Assembly (NCBI GenBank): GCA_963662285.2
Contig: CAXXMV010000001.1
Coordinates: 352,001-416,000 of the forward strand
Length of the DNA stretch: 64,000 nucleotides
Origin: a bacterium
GTDB taxonomy: Bacteria; Hinthialibacterota; Hinthialibacteria; Hinthialibacterales; Hinthialibacteraceae
Direction of reading: 5' to 3'
Notes under the pieces: model-generated
What the model saw: the letters and a program-made list of their open reading frames with translations, nothing else
Database searches by the model: none
What the model was told of the DNA's origin: nothing
Part shown: positions 47,270 to 57,546 of the stretch, one piece after another
How positions within the stretch are numbered: position 1 is the first letter of the stretch
How the letters are laid out: each line of letters begins with the position of its first letter
Translations under genes and position numbers: made by a program

Positions 47270-48625
47270 CTATTCCGCTTTCATCTCTTTTAACATATTG
47301 ATAGCCGCGTCGCACCACATTACTGGAGTTTCCGGCGCCTGTCGGGCGCTGCTGTAGGTGGCTTCGTAGCCGCCTTCATCGTAACCGCGTGGGTGAGGTT
47401 GATAACCCATTGATCCACCCGTCAATCCGATTACCCAAGTTGCATCCATTAACGAATGCTCCTGGATGTCTTCACTCAATTCAACAAAGCATTCAGCGGG
47501 CAGACCAACGATGCCAATTGGCCCAATACGCAAGGCGATCAATTCAGAAGGACGCGTCTTTTCTTTGGTTTCGGCTAATCGGATAATCCCCGCGGGCGTA
47601 TGTTCATTGAAGTTCCGCTTGGACGCCTTATCAGCATCCTTCTGCATTTCCGCTTTGGCCCATTCATAAATTTCCGAGGGAACTTTGCGGACCGGACATT
47701 GGATTTTTGTAATCCGTGAATCGATCTTATCGACGCTTACCGGCCTTGAATCCCGGTAAGCCCGCATAGCCGCTTTGGCTAAAGTCCTGCCAATATGGCG
47801 GGAACCTTCCGGGCTGCTTTTTTGGCTTTTATCATTCACATTGATGTGATTAATGTTGCCGCAGCAGGCATTCAGATAGATAACCTTCCAATCAGTTCCA
47901 AGTTCTTCCTGAATGCCTACAGTAAGATGATAGGGATAATCCGCCGAAAATTTTGAACCACCCAGGCAATCGCAGTGCAGCCCATGACTAACCAATGCGA
48001 TTTTTGAAGACTGAAAACTCAGCACATTTACTTCTTTATCGATTTCGCCTATCGGATGAACGATGTTCGGGTTGCCGCGTCCGGGATTGGTGCGCACCGA
48101 TCCATCCTTCATCAGAAAACGCCGTATAAAGGTCACGGAATCTTCATAAGCGGTTCCCGATGCAACCTGGTTTTCAGGTTGAGCATTATCCAACGCCTTC
48201 TGTACAGCGGAAGTAATCTGCTGAGGAAGTTGATCTGCAATTTCCTCTACGATGGCGCCGGTATGGGTATGGGTAGCATGGATAAAAATATTTCGCGGAT
48301 CAATCCCGGTTTTATATTTTATAGCGCTGCGCATTCTGTCAATTACAGGTAATTTAATAGAAATCAGATCAACCGCTGCGATGACAATGGTTTTTTCATC
48401 ACAAGTAAGAGTCATAGCCTTGATCAACAGCGGATCAAGAATCCCCTCTGCTTTACGTTCATGAAAATATCCCGGCATCCCTGTTCCCATCGCCGGAGTG
48501 ATATCGACTTCTCCATAACCGACAATAAGTTCTGAAGCATCGACGCAGCACGGTAATATCGAGATCATTCCTATTAGCAGCAGGAATAAAATCCAAAGAC
48601 TGGTATGAAACCTCGCCTTAAACAT
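47270..48625 (-). CDS. Secreted neutral/alkaline ceramidase-like metallo-amidohydrolase
   Basis: Signal peptide; VDITP, HATHTHTG, SADYP, LPAECFVE; AAGGAG RBS before ATG 48625. Confidence 0.75.
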   Translation of the reverse strand: MFKARFHTSLWILFLLLIGMISILPCCVDASELIVGYGEVDITPAMGTGMPGYFHERKAEGILDPLLIKAMTLTCDEKTIVIAAVDLISIKLPVIDRMRSAIKYKTGIDPRNIFIHATHTHTGAIVEEIADQLPQQITSAVQKALDNAQPENQVASGTAYEDSVTFIRRFLMKDGSVRTNPGRGNPNIVHPIGEIDKEVNVLSFQSSKIALVSHGLHCDCLGGSKFSADYPYHLTVGIQEELGTDWKVIYLNACCGNINHINVNDKSQKSSPEGSRHIGRTLAKAAMRAYRDSRPVSVDKIDSRITKIQCPVRKVPSEIYEWAKAEMQKDADKASKRNFNEHTPAGIIRLAETKEKTRPSELIALRIGPIGIVGLPAECFVELSEDIQEHSLMDATWVIGLTGGSMGYQPHPRGYDEGGYEATYSSARQAPETPVMWCDAAINMLKEMKAE

Positions 48626-48654
48626 TGCCATTCTCCTTAGTTTTAATAATCTCA

Positions 48655-49926
48655 CTACGAGTATGCCTGGATTACTTTTTTGATGGCATTGCCAATCTGC
48701 GCACAATCTTCCGGCGTGTAGGTCGGATAGGCGAAGCAAGTGAAGGTGTGGCTTTGATGCCAGATTGCGTTTGGAATTTCCACCTTACTATAATCAACGC
48801 TGGCTGGATCAGCGTATTCCTTGGAACGGAAAGGAAAACCACTCTTACCGAACGAGTTGAACTCCTGGAACGCCCTCTCGGTATGACATTGGGGCCAGAA
48901 TACCTTCCAACAGGGAGCGCCTTCCGCGCCGACCGCCTGTACGAATTGACTGATATCGCATTTCATATCTTCGATATTCAACGAAAAAGCCAGGACGAAC
49001 CAACCATTGCGCCGTTGCTCAGTATCAATCGGCATGTATTTGACCTGCGGCAAGTCCTTAAGTATATCCATGATGATATGAGCGTTGCGGCTGCGGGTAG
49101 GCATGTTCCAATTATCCATCCGTTCCAATTCCGCCAGACCGATTGCTGATTGCATCTCCGTCATACGGTAGTTCCAGCCAACCATGTTATGAATATAAGG
49201 CAGTTTCTGCTCCATCTCCAGAAGATTAAGCCGCTCTTTAACGTCGTAGCCATGATCGCGGAAACTGCGTGCGCTCCAGGCCAATTCTTCATCATCAGTA
49301 GTGACCATTCCACCTTCGCCGCCGGTTGTGAAAGTCTTGTTCTGGCATAAACTGCACGCCGCAATGCGCCCCAGGGTTCCAGTCTTCTTGCCTTTGTAAG
49401 ACCCGCCAAAGGCTTCGGCGTTATCTTCGATGACAAACAGATTATGCTTTTCAGCGAACTGCATGATCGGATCCATGTCGCATACATTGCCGTACAGATG
49501 AACCACCATGATTGCCTTGGTGCGTGGAGTTACCAGTTTCTCCATCGATGCAACGCTGACGCAGTGATCGTCGATGTTGACATCGGCGAAACGGGGCACC
49601 GCGCCTGCCTGGACAATAGAGAAACTGCTGGCGATGAAGGTATAACTGGGGACGATAACTTCGTCGCCGGCGCCGATGCCTAAAACCGTAAGCGCGGTAT
49701 GCAGCGCGGCGGTTCCCGATGAGACGCTGATGGCGTATTTGCTGCCCTGCCACGAAGCGAATTGTTCCTCAAACTCCATACCCTTGGGGCCGGTCCAGTA
49801 ATTAACCTTTCCCGTGCGCAACACTTCTTCAACTGCTTTTATTGCTCTTTCATCAAAATGGGGCCAGCCGATAAACTTGTTGGTTACCGCCTTCGGCCCG
49901 CCATCAATAGCAAGTTTTTGATCCAT
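48655..49926 (-). CDS. DegT/DnrJ/EryC1/StrS aminotransferase
   Basis: SSGTAALH, VHLYG, IEDNAEA, SLCQNKTFTTGGEGG, GWNYRMTE. Confidence 0.93.
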   Translation of the reverse strand: MDQKLAIDGGPKAVTNKFIGWPHFDERAIKAVEEVLRTGKVNYWTGPKGMEFEEQFASWQGSKYAISVSSGTAALHTALTVLGIGAGDEVIVPSYTFIASSFSIVQAGAVPRFADVNIDDHCVSVASMEKLVTPRTKAIMVVHLYGNVCDMDPIMQFAEKHNLFVIEDNAEAFGGSYKGKKTGTLGRIAACSLCQNKTFTTGGEGGMVTTDDEELAWSARSFRDHGYDVKERLNLLEMEQKLPYIHNMVGWNYRMTEMQSAIGLAELERMDNWNMPTRSRNAHIIMDILKDLPQVKYMPIDTEQRRNGWFVLAFSLNIEDMKCDISQFVQAVGAEGAPCWKVFWPQCHTERAFQEFNSFGKSGFPFRSKEYADPASVDYSKVEIPNAIWHQSHTFTCFAYPTYTPEDCAQIGNAIKKVIQAYS

Positions 49927-49972
49927 TATTCGTCTCCTCTATACAAAACGTTTCATGTTTTTCCAATAATAT

Positions 49973-51214
49973 TTAGGCTTTATGGATGCTTCGTTTCTTG
50001 GGATCAAATTTCATCTTGCGTTCTTTGATATTTGCTGCATCAGCCAGCAGACAGGCTACCGCATGTTGATATCCAGCTTCGATATCAGCATTAGGCTGGC
50101 GCCGGGTGCGAAGACATTGCAGCCAGTTTTCCATGTGATGCGGCATTTCAACATCAGCCACGTCTTTTTTACCTTCAACATGTCCGGGAGCGCTGGTTCC
50201 TTCACCAGTCATATATGGTTTACGCCAGTCAGTGGCGTCCATCATGCCTTTGGTTCCCCAGAAACGGGTATAGTTTCCAGACCCATTACCGAACGACGTG
50301 CTGTAACTAACCATGAAGCCTTCGGGATATTCGAGCAGCGTATGAACCGAATCAGGACAGGTGCGCTGATTCTTCCAGGCGTAGTTTCCGGTTAAACTCA
50401 CGGCGCATGTAGGATATTGAGCGCCGCTGATGTAATGAACCAGGTCAATGAAATGACACATCAGGTTGCTGATAGAGCCGTCAGTGAAATCACGGTATCC
50501 ATACCAGGCGGTATGCTGATCATTATCAAAGGGACGGTCTTTGGCATTCCCCAGGAATGTTTTCCAATCAGTATCTTCTTCAACCAATGGACGGGCGAAA
50601 CGGTTCCAATAAGGTTCATAGGAATTACGCACTTGACCGACCTTTATAATGTTTCCAAGAAGCCCGTCTTGAACTGCTTTCTTGCATCCGGTAAATGATG
50701 GCCAGCTTCTCAGTTGGGTGCCCATTTGGACAACACGGTCTGATTCCCTAACCATATCAACTACGCGGTTTAGCTCTTTCATATTCCGGGCGAGAGGTTT
50801 TTCGCAATAAGCGTCTTTGCCCGCCTTGATGGCGTCTTGCAACATAGTAGCATGCATATGGTCGGGAACCGCGATAGTAACTGCATCTATATTGGGTAAG
50901 TTCAACACGTCTTTATGCTGCACAAACTGCTGAGCTTCAGTTCCATACCAATCCAGCGTCTTCTTGGCAGCTGATTCACGGTGTTGCCTCCACACATCGC
51001 ATACGGCGGTAATCACTACATTCTGCTCGCCGCTGAAACTGTGAATCTCTTCCATCAGTGCGTTCTGTCCACGGTTTCCACAGCCGATGATCCCGATTTC
51101 AATCCGCTCATTGGCCCCTTTGGCTGATTGGGGAATTATAGTAACTAAAGGCAAAGCGACGGCCATTGAGGATTTCTGCAAAAAACTGCGGCGGGATTGC
51201 GTTGGTTGAGTCAT
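49973..51214 (-). CDS. Tat-exported Gfo/Idh/MocA oxidoreductase
   Basis: SRRSFL Tat motif, IGCGNRG, PDHMHA, YCEKP. Confidence 0.92.
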   Translation of the reverse strand: MTQPTQSRRSFLQKSSMAVALPLVTIIPQSAKGANERIEIGIIGCGNRGQNALMEEIHSFSGEQNVVITAVCDVWRQHRESAAKKTLDWYGTEAQQFVQHKDVLNLPNIDAVTIAVPDHMHATMLQDAIKAGKDAYCEKPLARNMKELNRVVDMVRESDRVVQMGTQLRSWPSFTGCKKAVQDGLLGNIIKVGQVRNSYEPYWNRFARPLVEEDTDWKTFLGNAKDRPFDNDQHTAWYGYRDFTDGSISNLMCHFIDLVHYISGAQYPTCAVSLTGNYAWKNQRTCPDSVHTLLEYPEGFMVSYSTSFGNGSGNYTRFWGTKGMMDATDWRKPYMTGEGTSAPGHVEGKKDVADVEMPHHMENWLQCLRTRRQPNADIEAGYQHAVACLLADAANIKERKMKFDPKKRSIHKA

Positions 51215-51275
51215 GATATTTTCCTTCCCATATAAATTATGTTTTTTCAGGTCTTGACTATATAAGGCGCTTATC

Positions 51276-51304
51276 TTTATTATTAGAAGATTTCTAATAA
51301 TAAA
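51276..51304. promoter_or_regulatory. Putative ROK operator 1
   Basis: Perfect 13-bp inverted repeat TTTATTATTAGAA-GAT-TTCTAATAATAAA between divergent genes. Confidence 0.7.
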
Positions 51305-51364
51305 TAATTTATTAACATATATCAAGCTAAATTATTAAAAAAAATAATATTTAACTGAAATAAA

Positions 51365-51398
51365 TTACTAGACAATTTCTAATATTACATGGTATATT
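51365..51398 (+). promoter_or_regulatory. Putative ROK operator 2 overlapping a sigma70-like promoter
   Basis: TTACTAGACAATTTCTAATAT resembles operator 1; contains TAGACA-N18-TATATT with a TG extension. Confidence 0.55.
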
Positions 51399-51429
51399 AT
51401 TATTTACTTACATTTGCAGGAGAATTTAA

Positions 51430-52641
51430 TTGAAGCAAGCCTCTAAAAAGCACATTGGCAACCACTCTTTGCTCAAACGGCTCAATCGGTCTATTGTGCT
51501 TGAATTTCTACACCGGCAAGGTGGGCTTTCCAGAAAACAACTTACTAATCTCACCCAACTTGATGGTAAAACAATCACCAATATCACCCAGGATTTACTA
51601 CGCTTAAAGATGATTAAAGCGATTGGCAAGGTATCAAGAGGCGTGGGACGACCCAGCGAAATAATCGAATTAAATCCTCAATACGGATTCACCTTAGGCA
51701 TAGATTTAGGCGCCAGTCATATAACCGGCATCGCGGTTGATTTCACTGGAGCCATCCTAGCCCGTGCGCAATCAACCATACGTTACGGCCTCTCTCCATC
51801 GACTGTTATCAAACGCATGATCGCAGTCGGCGAAAAAATAATCAATGAATTAAAGACCGATAGAAAAAGATTCCTGGGGATTGGAGTATGCGCGCCCGGC
51901 ATTGTTGACCGTAAAACCGGAATCGGCGTATGGGCGGCCAATTTATCTAAATGGAAAAACGTTCAAATATCAAAACCATTCGCATCCGCTTTTAACGTTC
52001 CGGTATTTCTCGAAGAATCGACCCGTTGCGCCGCTTTAGGCGAAATGTTCGCCCGGCCCAATGACAACCTCAATGACTTTCTGCTGCTTGATCTTTCGCT
52101 GGGCATCGGTTCCGCTCTGGTGCAAAACGGCAAACTATATTACGGCCATTCCGGCGTGGCTGGTGAAATCGGACACACCACCATCAAACCGGGCGGACTT
52201 CCCTGCCGTTGTGGAAAACAAGGCTGCCTCGAAGCCGAAGCATCCGGTTACGCCATCGCCCGTAAGTATTCAGAAATCCTAAAAACCACCAAGAGCACAA
52301 CCAGTAAACCGGATGCCATTAGCGCGCAGGATGTTGTAGACGCCATGTCGCATGGTAATGAAATTTGCGAGCAAATTTTCTCTGACGCAGCGCGTATGCT
52401 GGGAACCGCCGCCGCCAACGCCGTTATGCTGCTTAATCCCGCGCACCTGGTATTGATGGGCGGTTTAACCCTCTCAGGAGATTGGCTGATGCAACCATTC
52501 CGCGAAGCCTTACGTAAAGAACTTAGACCGGAAATTATCGAAAACCTTACCGTGGAAATCTCTCCCCTGGGAAATGACGGCGGCCCATTAGGAGCAGCCA
52601 GCCTGGTGCTGAACCGGATATTTGATTCTCCGGGTATGTAG
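51430..52641 (+). CDS. ROK family transcriptional regulator
   Basis: N-terminal HTH (LNRSIVL..LSRKQL, GRP), GIDLG, GEIGH, CRCGKQGCLE; TTG start with AGGAG RBS. Confidence 0.93.
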   Translation: MKQASKKHIGNHSLLKRLNRSIVLEFLHRQGGLSRKQLTNLTQLDGKTITNITQDLLRLKMIKAIGKVSRGVGRPSEIIELNPQYGFTLGIDLGASHITGIAVDFTGAILARAQSTIRYGLSPSTVIKRMIAVGEKIINELKTDRKRFLGIGVCAPGIVDRKTGIGVWAANLSKWKNVQISKPFASAFNVPVFLEESTRCAALGEMFARPNDNLNDFLLLDLSLGIGSALVQNGKLYYGHSGVAGEIGHTTIKPGGLPCRCGKQGCLEAEASGYAIARKYSEILKTTKSTTSKPDAISAQDVVDAMSHGNEICEQIFSDAARMLGTAAANAVMLLNPAHLVLMGGLTLSGDWLMQPFREALRKELRPEIIENLTVEISPLGNDGGPLGAASLVLNRIFDSPGM

Positions 52642-52754
52642 AGAAAATTGCAAGATGTCAACGTAAAACCTTATTTTAATTATCCCCTCTCCACCCGGGC
52701 TACTCTCCATACATAAATCTGTAGAGTAGATAAAAACGGTGATCATCATAGAAT

Positions 52755-53383
52755 GGGGAGCATCGGCTTCTAGCCGGTGCATCAATTAAAAAATAGAATT
52801 AACACAATTACGCATAAATATTTCTACGAAGAAAGGAGGATGAAAAATGAATATCCGATCCAGTACAGACCGAATTAAAGAAACCTATAAACCAGTCAAC
52901 CAATTCCGAATGTCTCGTAGAATCCTTCCTCACATGCAAGATCCTGGCCACACCTATTTCATTACGTTCAGAACCCATGATATTATTATGCCAAATGAAT
53001 TGTTGGCTGTTGTCATGAATTCATGCTTATATTGGAATGAGAAAAAATGTAAAATTCATGTTTGTGTTGTGATGCCGGATCACGTGCACATTCTCCTGAC
53101 GCCATTGGAAATTCCAAACCTTGGATATCATTCGATCATAACATTAATTCATAGCATTAAAAGTTATTCATCTACAGAAGCAAACAGGTTGATGAATAGA
53201 CAAGGAGTACTGTGGCAGCGGGAATATTTCGACCGGATAATACGTTCTGAATCGGATTTAGTTGAAAAATGGAATTATATTCGTACCAATCCGGTTAGGA
53301 AAGGATTGGTTGAAATCGTGGAAGAGTATCCGTTTTTGTATGAAGAAAACGATTGACGCACCGGCTAGAAGCCGATGCTCCCC
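52755..53383 (+). mobile_element. RAYT locus flanked by 32-bp inverted REP elements
   Basis: Left GGGGAGCATCGGCTTCTAGCCGGTGCATCAAT (52755-52786); right ATTGACGCACCGGCTAGAAGCCGATGCTCCCC (53352-53383); one mismatch. Confidence 0.85.
52847..53356 (+). CDS. REP-associated tyrosine transposase (Y1/HUH family)
   Basis: YFITFRT, VMPDHVH (HUH), WQREYFDRIIR, YIRTNP. Confidence 0.92.
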   Translation: MNIRSSTDRIKETYKPVNQFRMSRRILPHMQDPGHTYFITFRTHDIIMPNELLAVVMNSCLYWNEKKCKIHVCVVMPDHVHILLTPLEIPNLGYHSIITLIHSIKSYSSTEANRLMNRQGVLWQREYFDRIIRSESDLVEKWNYIRTNPVRKGLVEIVEEYPFLYEEND

Positions 53384-53546
53384 TGATGCTCTCTGCTTTT
53401 CCCAGTTTATCAGAAGTAAATGCATTGCCATTGAATCAATTTAATAACAACTTGTACTGAGAATCCCCCCACCAAGAGAGGCTAGGGTGAGGAGAGATTT
53501 CAAAAAACTAAAGTAAAGTGAAAGATATAAAAACAGGAGGCTTCCC

Positions 53547-54641
53547 ATGACCGACAGAAAACTAGGCGTACTCATACATGGAGCTGGTTGGGTATCCGGC
53601 GAACACATCAGGGCATTCCAAAATAATCCTCATACCCATATCGCGGCAATCTCCAGCCGGCGGATGGAAAGCGTTAAGCAACGTGCGTCCGAAGCCGGAC
53701 TCAACGATATCGGAATGTACACCAGCCTGGAAGAGGCCTTGCAGCATGACGGAATAGATATCGTCTCTGTCTGTACGCCGCAACACGTCCACGCCGAAAA
53801 CGTCATCATGGCCGCCAATGCCGGTAAACACATTATTATAGAGAAACCCATCGCAAATAGCATGGAAGAGATGCAAGCCATGCGCGAAGCGGTACATAAA
53901 GCCCAAGTAAAGACAGTTGTTTCATTCGTGCTGCGCTGGAATCCCCTTATCTCAACCTTGAAATCTCTCAGCGCTGACGGCATGTTCGGCAAGATATATC
54001 ACGTCGAAACCGACTACCAGTCCAATATCGCCAGCTGGTGGAGCGGATTCGAAGACGCCCGTAAAAAAGATACCGGCATCAGCGCCTTGATGGTCGCCGG
54101 GTGTCATGCTCTGGACGCCGCACGCTGGTTGGCGAGTACGAAACGCGACCAGGCGGCCAGAGTAAAAGAAGTATTCGCCTATTGCGGGGGATGGCGCAAA
54201 GGCAGCGATAAAGAATACAACTGCTACACAGGGGAATGGGCTACCGGAAAACCTCCCTTGGAATACGAAGGCCTGGAAGTGCTGCTCTTAAAATTCGTTA
54301 ATGGCGCCATCGGCAAAGTATCGACCAATTATGATTGCATTATGCCCTACACCTTCCCCATCGAAATGTTCGGCGACGCAGGAAGCGTGAAAGACAACCG
54401 CATCTGGTCGCGCCGTTTCCCCGGACAAAAAGGATGGATCGAAATCCCCACCATTCTACCCGATTCGGCCGATGTCGCCCATCATCCGTTCCAAGGTCAA
54501 ATCGACCATTTCACCGATTGCATCCTCAACAACATTGAATCGCATTGCAACCTAGACGACGCCATACACACCCATGAAATAATCTTCGCCGCGCAAGAAT
54601 GCTACCAGACAGGACAACCAGTACAACTATCTATAGGGTAA
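53547..54641 (+). CDS. Gfo/Idh/MocA oxidoreductase
   Basis: HGAGWVSGEH, IEKP, AGCHALD; AGGAGG RBS. Confidence 0.92.
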   Translation: MTDRKLGVLIHGAGWVSGEHIRAFQNNPHTHIAAISSRRMESVKQRASEAGLNDIGMYTSLEEALQHDGIDIVSVCTPQHVHAENVIMAANAGKHIIIEKPIANSMEEMQAMREAVHKAQVKTVVSFVLRWNPLISTLKSLSADGMFGKIYHVETDYQSNIASWWSGFEDARKKDTGISALMVAGCHALDAARWLASTKRDQAARVKEVFAYCGGWRKGSDKEYNCYTGEWATGKPPLEYEGLEVLLLKFVNGAIGKVSTNYDCIMPYTFPIEMFGDAGSVKDNRIWSRRFPGQKGWIEIPTILPDSADVAHHPFQGQIDHFTDCILNNIESHCNLDDAIHTHEIIFAAQECYQTGQPVQLSIG

Positions 54642-54715
54642 TACCAAACAGGGTATCGTAACATGAATATATTGTGCTAAATTGTTAGTAATTTCTTTGA
54701 GAGGGTGGTTTATAT

Positions 54716-54856
54716 CACCCCTCTCCTTACCTCTCCCAGTCTTGGGAGAGGAATGTATGACTACAGTATTTGTATTACTAAGGTAAAACGATATAACTGG
54801 TTATTTCTCCAAAATACCTCTCCACCAAGCCTGGGGGAGAATTCAAGAGGGGGTTG
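54716..54856. repeat. Inverted pair of REP-like units, same family as 40764-40853
   Basis: CCTCTCCCAGTCTTGGGAGAGG (in 54716-54754) and CCAAGCCTGGGGGAG..AGAGGGGGTTG (in 54814-54856). Confidence 0.65.
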
Positions 54857-54946
54857 TTTTCTACAACTGGAGATGTCTCACTTGGCGTTATCATTATTAT
54901 CTATCTGCCGTTTTCAGGTTAAACAACCTCCAATTATTCACAAACC

Positions 54947-56899
54947 TCAATCCAATTCAACCACAGCCGCCACCCCCTTGATAACCGGAGTTTTTCCACC
55001 TGAAACCTCATCAAAAATTCTCTGCGCATTATTCTCATCGCCAAACGCATCAGTAACTTCACAGAACGGTTTACCGTCATCTAAAGTCCTCTGTGGTTTC
55101 TCCAACCCCTGGAACGATTCTATCCCGCCCTTGGCCGTACAAACCTGAATGCTCATTTTCCTGTCGCCTACCGCATCCAATACTTCGCGCGGGATAGAAA
55201 GCACAATTGAACCTTGAGATTCATCATGGATTTCGATCACATTAAAATTCGTCATTATAGGATTATAAAAACCAGTAGCGATAAAACGGGAGATATCTTC
55301 ACCTTTTTCATTCACAATGGATATATCGAACTGGCTCTTAAAACCTGATATATACCAATGCCGATAGCGGATCATCCTCTCCGCGCCCCGATCCCATTCG
55401 GTTTTACCACTGATCATCCTATATCCCCGGTCAGGAGATTCATAATCTAAAAGAATGAACGTATCCTGAAAAGCTAGCCCGGAGAGATCGCGATTCGACG
55501 CATAATCGATTTTGAGATACAAACGTTCCTTCGAACTGCGCACTGAAAGACCTAGCAGGTCTCGTGATAAATCGGTATCGAATTCAAATTTCTGACGCGC
55601 TTCATCATTTCCATATTTCATAATCCAATCACCAGAATCATCGGTCGCTATAGAAGCTGTCTTATCCCAAAAAATTTTATGCGCATAAGCGTTATCTTCC
55701 TTCATTTCAGTTAAAATTTTATATGCCTTATCGATATCCAAATGATCGGGTGAGGTATAAATCTTCATCAAGTAAATCCGGGCAACATCGACCAAACGAC
55801 TTTTGGGATATTCCACCAGAAAATTCTGATAAGCAGAAATTGCTAACGCCGTCTCACCGCTGCGGAACAAGGCTTCAGCAACCGCATAAGCCTTCTCTTC
55901 TTCATCACGCCACACAATACGGGTCCTATGCTTTTCTATATCAGAAATATACATAATTGCTTCACTATTATTGTCGAACGTATCACTGATATAGGCGATC
56001 CGGTTCCACTGCGCATCAACCGCCGCCCAACTGGCGCCCAACGGATTGTCAATCATAACAGTCTGCTCACCCGAAGAGAGATCAACACTGATTAATCGAG
56101 TCTCTTCATGTCCCACTACTTTAGTAATCACAATAGATTTTCGCGTCAGATCAATTGACGGCGCATCCCACAGAAAAGCATTTTCGCATAGCATCCGGGG
56201 ATTAGATTTACTCAACGAATCAATATACAAATCCGCTGTCTCATTATCGTTATCACTAACGAAATACAGATAACGGTCATCATCCACCCATTTAGCAAAA
56301 GCTAATTCATGTTCCCCTCCATCATGAAGCATCCTCAGTTCTTTATCACCTTCCCGCCAAAGCGCAAGATAGGTCTCGTCAACCGTCAGCAAAAAGCGTT
56401 TACCCCCAGCATCAACATCCACGCAGAAGATTTCACTATTGTCTTTGCTCAACAACATGGTTTCTTTATTATCAACTAAATCTTTGCGCCATAGTTCAGT
56501 CGCATTCTTCTCTTTATTATCTCTCATGAAATAAAGAGACCGATTATCATCAGATATATCAAAATAGAATCGCGCGTTCTCTACTATCTTCTGCCTGTTT
56601 TTATTATGAATATTGATTTTATAAAATTCACAAGTTTCACTTTGCCCTTCAAGCGGCTTCAAATATATTAATTCATCAGCTGATGAAAGAAATCTGCAAC
56701 CGATTACATCTTCATCCACAAGCAGCGATGCAGTCTGCTGCTGGCCATCCCACAACCACAGTTTTTGATCATCCATTCCCACAAACACCAGATACCTGCC
56801 ATCCGGACTCCAGGACATGGGATCAGTTATACAGCCCGTCATAACAAAACCCAGGCACAGAAAAATAATGGTTATATGAAATACATGTTTTGTTCTCAT
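54947..56899 (-). CDS. Lipoprotein with TolB-like beta-propeller, TPR helix and C-terminal beta-sandwich
   Basis: Lipobox-like MTGC, WSPDG repeat, AYQNFLVEYPKS TPR-like segment. Confidence 0.75.
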   Translation of the reverse strand: MRTKHVFHITIIFLCLGFVMTGCITDPMSWSPDGRYLVFVGMDDQKLWLWDGQQQTASLLVDEDVIGCRFLSSADELIYLKPLEGQSETCEFYKINIHNKNRQKIVENARFYFDISDDNRSLYFMRDNKEKNATELWRKDLVDNKETMLLSKDNSEIFCVDVDAGGKRFLLTVDETYLALWREGDKELRMLHDGGEHELAFAKWVDDDRYLYFVSDNDNETADLYIDSLSKSNPRMLCENAFLWDAPSIDLTRKSIVITKVVGHEETRLISVDLSSGEQTVMIDNPLGASWAAVDAQWNRIAYISDTFDNNSEAIMYISDIEKHRTRIVWRDEEEKAYAVAEALFRSGETALAISAYQNFLVEYPKSRLVDVARIYLMKIYTSPDHLDIDKAYKILTEMKEDNAYAHKIFWDKTASIATDDSGDWIMKYGNDEARQKFEFDTDLSRDLLGLSVRSSKERLYLKIDYASNRDLSGLAFQDTFILLDYESPDRGYRMISGKTEWDRGAERMIRYRHWYISGFKSQFDISIVNEKGEDISRFIATGFYNPIMTNFNVIEIHDESQGSIVLSIPREVLDAVGDRKMSIQVCTAKGGIESFQGLEKPQRTLDDGKPFCEVTDAFGDENNAQRIFDEVSGGKTPVIKGVAAVVELD

Positions 56900-56901
56900 G
56901 A

Positions 56902-57546
56902 TCAGATACTCCTGTTATTGACATATTTTTTAATAAATCCACTAAGAACCGGCGTTTCTTCAATTTCCTGCAACGCCTTGGTTTTGGAATATTTCGCTAA
57001 TAAAGAAGCATAAGTATCCGCCGCATCTTCCCACTGACTATTACGTATTTGGGTTTTCATTTGAGTCTTAAGACCCGCCGCCGTTATTTCATCCAACAAA
57101 GAATCAGCTTGGTTCTGCGAAATATAGATGTTATAAACCGGTTTTTCAGATTTGGCGGAGACGGGATCATAGTCGATTACCGCCTGACGGCTAGGAGTGA
57201 AATATTGCACCAACAGCAAAGCGCACACTCCAGTCACAGCCCCCATTGAGAACTGCCCCCAGTTCAGTTGCGGAATTATGAATCCCCACAAAGAACTAAT
57301 CCGCTTATCAGATTGCCTGACGACTTGGTTAATGAAATCAGGATGGGGATCAGGCGCATCAACCGTCCACGTTTGCAGCATCGACGAGGTTCGTTGATAC
57401 GCCCGCAGCTGTTCCATGCGTTCACCATCCGTCTGAAGATATTCTTCCAGCGCCAGTTTATCATCCGACGCCAACTCATCATCTATATAAGCAGAAAGAC
57501 ATTCCATCCACTCATCTTCGGTTTTTGGTATATTCCAGGACATCAT
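56902..57546 (-). CDS. Anti-sigma factor (zf-HC2-like N-terminus, one TM helix)
   Basis: ECLSAYIDDEL...LEEYL; start overlaps the sigma stop codon (ATGA). Confidence 0.8.
   Translation of the reverse strand: MMSWNIPKTEDEWMECLSAYIDDELASDDKLALEEYLQTDGERMEQLRAYQRTSSMLQTWTVDAPDPHPDFINQVVRQSDKRISSLWGFIIPQLNWGQFSMGAVTGVCALLLVQYFTPSRQAVIDYDPVSAKSEKPVYNIYISQNQADSLLDEITAAGLKTQMKTQIRNSQWEDAADTYASLLAKYSKTKALQEIEETPVLSGFIKKYVNNRSI

Noticed and set aside
54705-55148. 147-aa plus-strand ORF
   Set aside because: Reads through REP-like repeats and is antisense to the lipoprotein gene.
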